This document shows positions 27,734 to 35,532 of a stretch of 46,299 nucleotides of DNA, in pieces. Location: positions 1 to 46,299 of the IMG/VR virus record IMGVR_UViG_3300009159_000107. One strand, given 5' to 3'. This DNA comes from a virus (taxonomy: Duplodnaviria > Caudoviricetes). Numbering within the stretch: the first letter of the stretch is position 1; the number at the start of each line of letters is the position of its first letter. The notes under the pieces are model-generated. The model saw only the letters and a list, made by a program, of their open reading frames with translations. It was not told where the DNA came from and made no database searches. The position numbers were made by a program, and so were the translations under genes.

Positions 27734-28549
27734 ATGGAAGACGAAGACGAAATCACACTGGAACTTCCGCCGGAAGAAGAACCGCAGGAAGAAGAACCTT
27801 ATATCACGGAGCTAAAGCGCCAACTTGCAGAAGAAAAGGCTGGCCGCATCAAGGCGGAACAGCAAGCGCATCAGGCAAACCGTGAAACCCACCGCGCCAA
27901 GAGCGAAGTGGACGACACAAACCTGCAACTGGTGGTCAACGCCATCGACACGGTCAACCGGGACATTGAACTGCTTAGTCAGGCGCATACCTACGCCCTG
28001 CAAAGTGGTGACTTTGACCGCGCAACCAAAATCCAACGGGAAATGTCGGCCAACGAAGCCAAGTTGCTTCAACTGGAGAATGGCCGTCAGGCAATGGAGA
28101 ACGCTCCGCGCCAGCCCGAACCGCAAATGCCCCCCGCAGACCTTGTGGAGGATTTTGCCAGCCGCCTATCCCCCCGCAGCGCAGATTGGGTTCGCAAGCA
28201 CCCCGAATTTGTGCGGGATCAGCGCCTAAACGCCAAGATGATCGCCGCCCACAACCTCGCCGTGGCCGATGGTATCCCCACCGACACCGACGAATACTTT
28301 GAGGCCATCGAAGAAACGCTAAAGGTGACGCCTAAAAACGACACTGATGACCAGTACGCTGCAAAGGCCGTCCGCCGCCGTGACGCTGCCCCCGCCGCTG
28401 CGCCTGCAAATCGCGGAGGCCAATCTGCAAGCTCTAACGTGGTGCGTCTTTCTGCCGCAGAGCGTGAGATGGCCGAGATGATGGGAATGAAACCAGAGGA
28501 TTACGCCAAGAACAAAGTGGCCCTCAAGAAGGAAGGGAAAATTCAATGA
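27734..28549 (+). CDS. Putative capsid scaffolding protein
   Basis: Acidic N-terminus, coiled coil, C-terminal VRLSAAEREMAEMMGMKPEDYAK; position upstream of capsid. Confidence 0.65.
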   Translation: MEDEDEITLELPPEEEPQEEEPYITELKRQLAEEKAGRIKAEQQAHQANRETHRAKSEVDDTNLQLVVNAIDTVNRDIELLSQAHTYALQSGDFDRATKIQREMSANEAKLLQLENGRQAMENAPRQPEPQMPPADLVEDFASRLSPRSADWVRKHPEFVRDQRLNAKMIAAHNLAVADGIPTDTDEYFEAIEETLKVTPKNDTDDQYAAKAVRRRDAAPAAAPANRGGQSASSNVVRLSAAEREMAEMMGMKPEDYAKNKVALKKEGKIQ

Positions 28550-29055
28550 CACTCCGCCCCGAAATGCGCCCCAACGCCACCACCGCAGAAGACCCCCGCG
28601 AACGTGCCGCCCGCCGTGCTGCGGAACTGCGTGGCCATGACACCGATCTGGGTGACGATGGCACCGACGAATACTACATTGAGAAGGGCATCATCCCAGA
28701 CGGGTGGTCCTACGAATGGAAGATGCGTACCGTGCTTGGTGCCGAAGACCCCGCCCACCAAGTGGCACTGGCCCGCAAGGGCTGGGAGATCGTGCCAGCA
28801 TCGCGTCACCCAGAACTGATGCCGATGGGCTACAAGGGCGGGGATATCACCCGCAAGGGCATGGTGCTGATGGAGCGCCCGTTGGAGATCACGCAGGAAG
28901 CCAACCGCAAGGCGCTGCTTCTGGCCCGCACCCAGATGCGCGACAAGGAAGCGCAGTTGACCAATGCAAAGGGCGGGGAGTTTGATCGTACGAACAAAGG
29001 CGACCCGCTGGTCAAGATCAGCAAGAAGTACGAGGCGATCCCGATCCCAGAATGA
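28546..29055 (+). CDS. Hypothetical head-region protein
   Basis: IPDGWSYEWK..GWEIVPA..HPE..GMVLMERP. Confidence 0.7.
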   Translation: MTLRPEMRPNATTAEDPRERAARRAAELRGHDTDLGDDGTDEYYIEKGIIPDGWSYEWKMRTVLGAEDPAHQVALARKGWEIVPASRHPELMPMGYKGGDITRKGMVLMERPLEITQEANRKALLLARTQMRDKEAQLTNAKGGEFDRTNKGDPLVKISKKYEAIPIPE

Positions 29056-29207
29056 TCAAGCCCATCACGATCTACAAATACATAGAGCGTCTCCGTAAGG
29101 CCATCAGGTCAGAGGGGACGCCCGCCATCCAAGAAGCTTGGGACAAACTGGAACCTCATGTGTCGGTGTTCATGCCAGTCATTGACAAATCCGGCGACAT
29201 CCAGTAA
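29052..29207 (+). CDS. Small hypothetical protein (51 aa, not in ORF track)
   Basis: ATGA coupling; MIKPITIYKYIERLRKAIRSEGTPAIQEAWDK... Confidence 0.5.
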   Translation: MIKPITIYKYIERLRKAIRSEGTPAIQEAWDKLEPHVSVFMPVIDKSGDIQ

Positions 29208-29210
29208 CAA
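29182..29210 (+). promoter_or_regulatory. Putative promoter for the tRNA/ncRNA locus
   Basis: TTGACA-N17-TAACAA. Confidence 0.5.
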
Positions 29211-29284
29211 CTTGTCGCAGTCTCGTGGTTGGGACATGCTCTGCGTAGCGGGGCTGACAGGCCGGAAAGACGGTCAACCAATTT

Positions 29285-29360
29285 TGTCGGAGTGGCGCAG
29301 TGGTAGCGCGTTCGGTTCATACCCGAAAGGCCGGAGGTTCAACCCCTCCCTCCGCAACCA
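29285..29360 (+). tRNA. tRNA with CAT anticodon (Met-type)
   Basis: D arm GCGC/GCGC, anticodon arm TTCGG-TTCATAC-CCGAA, T arm GGAGG-TTCAACC-CCTCC, encoded ACCA. Confidence 0.9.
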
Positions 29361-29432
29361 GATCAGGCCCTGTGCGGGGTAGAGAAGGCAGGACTCCACG
29401 GTCCATGCGCTCAGGGTGAGGAAGACCCCCGC

Positions 29433-29460
29433 TAGACAACCACACAAAATCATGTATATT
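29433..29460 (+). promoter_or_regulatory. Putative promoter of capsid operon
   Basis: TAGACA-N16-TATATT. Confidence 0.45.
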
Positions 29461-29561
29461 GTACGCTTATCTCCCCTCGGTGTGGGAGGTTGCACAATCC
29501 CCCCCGTTCTACCCTCGCCCCGGTGCGCGATGATGGAACTCCTGAAAAGGAGATATCCGAC

Positions 29562-30515
29562 ATGGCGAACACCTTTGCGCCAAACGGTTTTACCCAGTAC
29601 CGTGGTGCTGGTTCCGCTCCGACCTATGAGCAGACGATGGCTGCCATTGCGTCCGGCAACACGACCCCAATCTTCCTGAACGATCCCGTCATGCAAGCCT
29701 CGAACGCCACTGGCGTTGGCACTGGCTACATCGCGCAGGCAACTGGCCCCGTCACCCTGACGGTGTCCGCAACTGGTATTGTCACCGCAGCAACTGGCGC
29801 AATGACGATCACCTACACCGCTGTATCGTCCAGCACTGCCAACATCCCGACCTTTGCGTCAACCAACTACGCGCCCCCAGTGGGTTCGGTTGTGGTTGTC
29901 ACCAACGCAACTGGCGTTCCGAACGGTGCCTTCACCGTGGTGTCGTCCACCTCCACGACTGTTGTGGTTCAAAGCACCACGGCAACCGCCGCCACCTCGG
30001 CAACCTCGACCCCTGTGGTTACGGTCTACGTTCCTGTCTCTGGCGTGTTTGCTGGCTGCAAGTACCTGTCCACATCGCAGAAGCGCACCGTCTGGTCCAA
30101 CTACTGGCCCGGTTCGGACACCACCAACGATGTCGAAGCCTACGTCATCACCGACCCCAACGCCCGCTTTGCGGTGCAGACGGCGAACTCGAACACCACC
30201 GCCACCGCAGTGGGTCAAGCTCAAGTTGGCGAGAACATCGGCTTTAACTGGAACGACAGCACCGCATCAAGCGAAACCAATGGCAACACCGCCAATGGCC
30301 TTTCGACCATGTTTGCTGACCAGTACACGCTGTCTTCGGCTGGTGTGACGGGCGCAAACGCGGCACTTCCGTTCCGCATTGTTGCTCTGGCAAACTACCT
30401 GCCGGGTCAATCCTCGCCGCTTTCGGGCATCAACGGCAACGATGCAACCTCTGGCTACAACGCAATCATAGTGGCCTTCAACAACGCTATGCCCCGCAAC
30501 TTCGCTGGCATGTAA
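29562..30515 (+). CDS. Putative minor capsid/decoration protein
   Basis: AGGAG RBS; MANTFAPNGF.., GVFAGCKY, AYVITDPNARF; directly upstream of MCP. Confidence 0.65.
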   Translation: MANTFAPNGFTQYRGAGSAPTYEQTMAAIASGNTTPIFLNDPVMQASNATGVGTGYIAQATGPVTLTVSATGIVTAATGAMTITYTAVSSSTANIPTFASTNYAPPVGSVVVVTNATGVPNGAFTVVSSTSTTVVVQSTTATAATSATSTPVVTVYVPVSGVFAGCKYLSTSQKRTVWSNYWPGSDTTNDVEAYVITDPNARFAVQTANSNTTATAVGQAQVGENIGFNWNDSTASSETNGNTANGLSTMFADQYTLSSAGVTGANAALPFRIVALANYLPGQSSPLSGINGNDATSGYNAIIVAFNNAMPRNFAGM

Positions 30516-30527
30516 GGAGCATAAGAA

Positions 30528-31439
30528 ATGGCTGTTAATCTTTCTGCGATTAAAGACCTTCTGCTCCCCGGCCTCCGTGGGATTGAGGGCAAGTACGAGA
30601 TGATCCCATCTCAGTACGACAAGATGTTCACCAAGCACAATTCGAAGATGGCGCTGGAACGCACCGCTGAGATGCGCTTCTTGGGCTTCGCACAACTGAA
30701 GACCGAAGGCGCACAAACGTCCTTCGACAACGGCGCTGGCGAACGTTACATCTACAACCAAGAGCATGTTGAAATCGGTCTGGGCTACGCGATCACTCGC
30801 AAGGCCATCGACGACAACCTGTACAAAACACAGTTCCAGCCGTCAAACCTCGGTCTGATCGAAAGCTTCCAGCAGACCAAGGAAATCTACGCGGCAAACA
30901 TCTTCAACACCGCGACGACCTACAACTCGTCAATCGGTGGTGACGGTGTGGCGTTGTTGTCATTGTCGCACCCCATCGACGGCGGCGTGGTGGCTAACAC
31001 CCCGTCCACCCAAGTGGAACTGAACGAAGCAACCTTGCTGAACGGCATGATCGGTATCCGTACCGCCTTCAAAGATCAGGCTGGCCTGAAGGTCTTCGCT
31101 CGTGGTCGTAAGTTGATTGTCCCGCCGCAACTGGAACCCGTAGCCATCCGCCTGACGAAGACGGAACTGCGGCCCGGCACGGCTGACAACGATGTGAACG
31201 CGATCATGTCCACCGCTGGCGGTCTGCCAGAGGGCTACATGGTCAACGACTTCTTCACTTCGGCATCTGCTTGGTTCCTGCTGACAAACATTGACGGGCT
31301 TTCATATATGGAGCGCGTAAAGTTTGAAACAGATATGCAAGTGGATTTTGTCACAGATAACTTGTTGGTTAAAGGATATGAACGTTACTCGTTCAGCTAC
31401 TATAACTGGCGTTCTGTGTGGGGTTCAACCCCCTCGTAA
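30528..31439 (+). CDS. Major capsid protein (Mu gpT-like HK97 fold)
   Basis: LLPGL, GYAITRKAIDDNLY, TKEIYAANIFN, GDGVAL...HP, LIVPPQLE, AWFL, ERYSF...WR. Confidence 0.88.
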   Translation: MAVNLSAIKDLLLPGLRGIEGKYEMIPSQYDKMFTKHNSKMALERTAEMRFLGFAQLKTEGAQTSFDNGAGERYIYNQEHVEIGLGYAITRKAIDDNLYKTQFQPSNLGLIESFQQTKEIYAANIFNTATTYNSSIGGDGVALLSLSHPIDGGVVANTPSTQVELNEATLLNGMIGIRTAFKDQAGLKVFARGRKLIVPPQLEPVAIRLTKTELRPGTADNDVNAIMSTAGGLPEGYMVNDFFTSASAWFLLTNIDGLSYMERVKFETDMQVDFVTDNLLVKGYERYSFSYYNWRSVWGSTPS

Positions 31440-31448
31440 AAATAAATT

Positions 31449-31477
31449 GGAGGGGGCTGCGGCCCCCTTCTTTCCTT
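31449..31477 (+). terminator. Intrinsic terminator after MCP
   Basis: GGAGGGGGC-TGCG-GCCCCCTTC-TTTCCTT. Confidence 0.7.
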
Positions 31478-31550
31478 CTGGGTTTTATTGCCGCCCTGAC
31501 CGCGCCCAGCGGACCTTGCACAGACAGTGCGGCCACATCGTGCAAAGGAA
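31477..31550 (+). ncRNA. Pseudoknotted structured RNA, candidate Mu-gpT-DE-type element
   Basis: Three crossing helices: CTGGG/CCCAG, GCCGCCCTG/CAGTGCGGC, CCTTGCAC/GTGCAAAGG; directly downstream of a Mu-gpT-like gene. Confidence 0.55.
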
Positions 31551-31556
31551 CCCAAA

Positions 31557-32012
31557 ATGGGTAAGACTACGTTTACAGGCCCCATCCGTTCGGGCGACAT
31601 CCTCAATACCTCCGGCACCACCATTGGCAGCAACGTCAAGAACGTTGGCTCGGTGGTCATGGCGCAGACCTACCCGATCACCCAAGCCCTGACCGCAACT
31701 GCGTTGGCAACCTCCATCGTGCTTCCGGCCAACAGCCACATCCTGAACATCCAGATGCTGGTCACCACGGTATGGAACGGCGCAACTACCACGTTTAGCG
31801 TTGGTACAAGCGCCACGGCTACGGAACTTGTCGTTGGCGGCGCAGGTAGCGCCATTGGTTTGATCGCCCTGACGCCCGGCACCGACGCAACCCGCACCCA
31901 GAACTGGGATGATACTATCACTGGCAAGCGTATCTATGTCCTGTCCGCAAACACTGGCACAGGCGTTGGTACAATTACCGTCCGTTACATCCCACAGCAT
32001 GATACCGTCTGA
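31557..32012 (+). CDS. Hypothetical virion protein
   Basis: MGKTTFTGPIRSG; beta-rich; after MCP. Confidence 0.7.
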   Translation: MGKTTFTGPIRSGDILNTSGTTIGSNVKNVGSVVMAQTYPITQALTATALATSIVLPANSHILNIQMLVTTVWNGATTTFSVGTSATATELVVGGAGSAIGLIALTPGTDATRTQNWDDTITGKRIYVLSANTGTGVGTITVRYIPQHDTV

Positions 32013-32188
32013 TGCGTGTAGGGAACAAAAAGCCCGCCATGACGGTCAAGACCACTGTTTCAGTGGGGAAACCTTCTAAGACGGAAGATACCAGCGCCCA
32101 CGTCACCACTGGCAGCAAGAATGTCATTGGTGGTCAGGCCGTTCATGGTATGCCATTGATGTCGGCAGCCGCCGCCAAAGCAAAGTAA
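32012..32188 (+). CDS. Small basic protein (58 aa, not in ORF track)
   Basis: TGATG coupling; followed by hairpin 32192-32211. Confidence 0.45.
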   Translation: MRVGNKKPAMTVKTTVSVGKPSKTEDTSAHVTTGSKNVIGGQAVHGMPLMSAAAAKAK

Positions 32189-32231
32189 TAGAGGGGGCTG
32201 AAAGGCCCCTTCTCCCCACAGGAGACACCCA

Positions 32232-32495
32232 ATGGCAACCGCCGCATATCTTTCCGCTGACGCCACGGTATCGGCCCACCGCGCCTCTGCGGTAACCACC
32301 AGCGATGCTACCATCTACGGTCAGCCCACCCGTGCGCTTTACATTGGCGCGGCTGGCAACCTCACCGTTGATATGGCTGACGGTGGCTCTTCCGTCCTGT
32401 TCGTGGGCGTTCAGGGTGGCACGTTGCTGCCCATTCAGGTAACCCGCGTTTACGCCACAGGCACCACAGCAACCAGCATCGTGGCTCTGTACTGA
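32232..32495 (+). CDS. Head spike base protein, RcGTA Rcc01079-like
   Basis: AVTTSD....TRALYIGAAGNL.V.M....VLF..V..G.LLPIQVTRVYATGTTATSIVALY. Confidence 0.8.
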   Translation: MATAAYLSADATVSAHRASAVTTSDATIYGQPTRALYIGAAGNLTVDMADGGSSVLFVGVQGGTLLPIQVTRVYATGTTATSIVALY

Positions 32496-32496
32496 G

Positions 32497-33867
32497 ATGT
32501 TTGTAGGGATTGGCATGAACCTTGTGCGCGGTGGGGCATCTTCGTCCCCCGCTTCCCTGTTTGCAGCCGCAGAACCCGGCGCTTGGTATGACCCCTCTGA
32601 CCTAACCACACTGTTCCAAGATAGCGCAGGGACCACGCCTGTAACTGCACCTAACCAGACTGTCGGCAAGATGCTGGATAAGTCTGGCCGTGGCAACCAC
32701 GCCACACAAGCCACATCCACGCAGCGTCCGATTTACGGGATCAACCCCATAGTTGGTACGCGCAACATATACACTTATACGGAGCAGTTTGATAATGCGG
32801 TTTGGAATAAGACCTCAGGCCCTGTGACTGTTGCTGCTAACGTTATAACAGCACCAAACGGCACCACCACGGCGGATAAAGTTCAGGAGACAGCCAACAC
32901 ATCTTCATTCTTCGCCTTATCAGCAAACCCACAAGGTTTTCTATTCTCTGCATCGTATACATGGTCTGGCTACTTTAAGGCGGCGGAACGCAGCTTTATC
33001 TGCGTAAACTTTTCTGTCGTAGGTGCGATTTGCTTTTTTAACCTGACCACGGGCGCGTCTCAAGTAAATGCAGGCACTGCAACCCTTACATCTACAGATG
33101 TGGGCGATGGCTGGTGGCGCTGTACCGCCACTTTCACTACCCCTGCATCGGGTATAAACCTATTATATCACATCATATGCTCGGCACTGTCACTAACAAC
33201 CTTAGTTACCACGGGTACGGCTGGAAGCGGATTCTACATCTGGGGCGCACAGCTAGAGCGACAGCCCGCCGTAACCGCCTACCAAAAGGTCGTGTCGCAA
33301 TACGAAGTCACACAGGCTGGCGTTGCATCTGCATCCTATCTTGCCTTTGACGGCGTGGATGACGGCATGGTCACGGGTACGATCACACCTGCCACCAACA
33401 AGGTACAAGTGTTTACTGGGGTGCGGAAGCTGAGTGATGCTGCAACAGGTTGTATAGTAGAAAGTAGTGCTTCAATAGCAGCAAATGCTGGAGCAGTGTT
33501 CTTATCAAATAGTTCCTCCCCAACTGCTGCATATTCATTAAGATCATCGGGTTCTGCTGCCCCCGCCGGATTTTCAACACCGTCATCTTATGCTGCTCCT
33601 ATAACTAATACTTTGACAGCCATTTGTGAAATTGCCACAGACACGGCCCTGCTTCAAGTAAATGGTATTCAAGTTGCTTCGTCATCTGGCGATCAAGGTT
33701 TTGGAAATTACCTTGCTTACCCGCTCTACATTGGTCGTCGCGGTGGGACTACGTTGCCTTTCAACGGACGCATCTACAGCCTGATCGTGCGGTTTGGACC
33801 TAACCTGACCACAGGGCAGATCACATCCACCGAAAGCTGGGTCAACGGCGAAACAGGGGCTTACTGA
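32497..33867 (+). CDS. Head spike fibre protein (Rcc01080-like N-terminal anchor, lectin-like domains)
   Basis: MFVGIGMNL N-terminus; WYDPSDLTTLFQD..DKSGRGNHATQ; RNIYTYTEQFDN..W; WGAQLE; FDGVDD; FNGRIY. Confidence 0.7.
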   Translation: MFVGIGMNLVRGGASSSPASLFAAAEPGAWYDPSDLTTLFQDSAGTTPVTAPNQTVGKMLDKSGRGNHATQATSTQRPIYGINPIVGTRNIYTYTEQFDNAVWNKTSGPVTVAANVITAPNGTTTADKVQETANTSSFFALSANPQGFLFSASYTWSGYFKAAERSFICVNFSVVGAICFFNLTTGASQVNAGTATLTSTDVGDGWWRCTATFTTPASGINLLYHIICSALSLTTLVTTGTAGSGFYIWGAQLERQPAVTAYQKVVSQYEVTQAGVASASYLAFDGVDDGMVTGTITPATNKVQVFTGVRKLSDAATGCIVESSASIAANAGAVFLSNSSSPTAAYSLRSSGSAAPAGFSTPSSYAAPITNTLTAICEIATDTALLQVNGIQVASSSGDQGFGNYLAYPLYIGRRGGTTLPFNGRIYSLIVRFGPNLTTGQITSTESWVNGETGAY

Positions 33868-34121
33868 TGGAAACCACAACGATAGCTTGCCCGCCTACCT
33901 TTACCGATCCCAACGTTGATCCTGCCACCGCGCCGATCTGGACGGATGGCACAACAGACTATCAGGTAGCCTCTGGGCCACTGGAAGGCTACACGACATC
34001 TGATCCTATCCAAGCACAGCCAGATCGTGTTAATGTGGTGGTGGGCATGGATGGCCTTGATGCCCTTGCAGCAATGGGATTGGTGGTGAAGAATGGCGAA
34101 GACCCCAGCGTGGACCCGTAA
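33867..34121 (+). CDS. Hypothetical protein
   Basis: TGATG coupling to fibre gene. Confidence 0.55.
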   Translation: METTTIACPPTFTDPNVDPATAPIWTDGTTDYQVASGPLEGYTTSDPIQAQPDRVNVVVGMDGLDALAAMGLVVKNGEDPSVDP

Positions 34122-34344
34122 AGCCGGGCAAGACCCAAAGGGCGGCTTAAATGCCGTAGGCCGCGCATCGGCCAAGGCGCAGGGCCACAACCTGAAGCCC
34201 CCAGCCCCCAACCCAAAGACCGACAAAGATGCTGCCCGCAAGAAGTCTTTTTGTGCTAGGATGGGCGGCATGGAAGGTCCGATGAAGGACGAGAAGGGCA
34301 AGCCGACACGCAAGGCGCTGTCCTTAAAAGCATGGAAGTGTTGA
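34093..34344 (+). CDS. Small basic conserved phage protein
   Basis: MAKTPAWTRK.G..PKGGLN..GRAS...RKKSFCARM.G.......SLKAWKC. Confidence 0.7.
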   Translation: MAKTPAWTRKAGQDPKGGLNAVGRASAKAQGHNLKPPAPNPKTDKDAARKKSFCARMGGMEGPMKDEKGKPTRKALSLKAWKC

Positions 34345-34345
34345 G

Positions 34346-35026
34346 ATGACCACCAGCGGCACATATGCGTTCAACCCTGCGCTGGGCGAAATCGTCCTGT
34401 ATGCCTACCAGAACATCGGCGTAAGGCCAGCGGCTGTCCTTCAAGAACACATGGAAAGCGCCCGCATGGCGACGAACATGATGCTGTCGCGGTGGTCGAA
34501 CCAAGGTGTAAACTTATGGGCCGTTGATCTGGTAACGGTGGCACTGGTGCAAGGCACATCCACCTACGCCGTGGACGGCAACACCATCATGGTGCTGGAC
34601 GCCTATACGACCACGGCCAATGGCCCTGACCGCGTGATCATGCCGATCTCACGCACGGAATACGCCTCCTACCCCAACAAGGACCAGCAGGGCTTCCCTA
34701 CATCGTACTGGTTCGACCGCCTAATCTCGCCCACGATCACGCTGTGGCCCGTGCCGGATGGGTCTTCCGCCACGACCCTGAAGTATTACCGCGTCCGGCA
34801 GGTCCAAGATTCTAATCTGCAAAATGGCGAAAATGTCGAAATTCCCTACCGCTGGCTAGAATGTTTTGCGGATGGCTTGGCCTACCGTCTGGCCCGCATC
34901 TGGCAGCCCCAGATGGCCGTGGCGCTAAAGGCGCAGGCCGACGAGAGCTACCAGATCGCCGCAGATCAAGACGTGGAAGCGGTTCCAACTTATATAAGTC
35001 CTATGATTTCGGGCTATTTTAGATAA
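34346..35026 (+). CDS. Putative head-tail adaptor/connector
   Basis: MTTSGT..FN, WSNQGVNLW, ISRTEY...PNK..G.P, LWPVPD, GLAYRLA. Confidence 0.65.
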   Translation: MTTSGTYAFNPALGEIVLYAYQNIGVRPAAVLQEHMESARMATNMMLSRWSNQGVNLWAVDLVTVALVQGTSTYAVDGNTIMVLDAYTTTANGPDRVIMPISRTEYASYPNKDQQGFPTSYWFDRLISPTITLWPVPDGSSATTLKYYRVRQVQDSNLQNGENVEIPYRWLECFADGLAYRLARIWQPQMAVALKAQADESYQIAADQDVEAVPTYISPMISGYFR

Positions 35027-35532
35027 TGTCATACGCATCAAAACTGGGCCGCGCCCGCATAAGTGCAAAGTCTCCACAGGCCGCAGGTGTATGCGACAGG
35101 TGTGGCGGGGTTTACAACCATGTGAACCTGTCGTGGCAGTTTGACTGGGCTGGCGCGGGGCTGATCAACAAGCGCCTTTTGGTGTGCAATCACTGCATGG
35201 ACACCCCGCAGCAACAACTTCGTTCCATCGTGCTGCCCGCCGATCCGCCCGTAATTATGAACGCCCGCCCCGAATATTACATTCAGGCGGAGACGGATTA
35301 CCGCATGACGCAGGGCAACACGGTCAATGCCAAGACGGGCATTCCCGTGCCGGGCGGGGATTTCCGTATCACTGAGAACGACAACAACCGTGTCACCCAA
35401 CAGACGGGCTTTGCCAATGGCAGCTTGAACGAACAGCCCGGCACTGACCCCGCAGCGCAAACCGCGCCGCTGGCAACTCAAGCCGATCTGCCGTATGATA
35501 ACACAACAGTTCCAGAGACAGGACCGATCTGA
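35026..35532 (+). CDS. Hypothetical protein with Zn-ribbon (CDRCG..C..CMD)
   Basis: Two CxxC motifs, PQQQLR..DP.....RPE. Confidence 0.65.
   Translation: MSYASKLGRARISAKSPQAAGVCDRCGGVYNHVNLSWQFDWAGAGLINKRLLVCNHCMDTPQQQLRSIVLPADPPVIMNARPEYYIQAETDYRMTQGNTVNAKTGIPVPGGDFRITENDNNRVTQQTGFANGSLNEQPGTDPAAQTAPLATQADLPYDNTTVPETGPI

Noticed and set aside
29361-29435. tRNA-associated theta (HDV-like) ribozyme
   Set aside because: I found no P1 partner for the bases immediately after the CCA, so the nested double-pseudoknot cannot be built.
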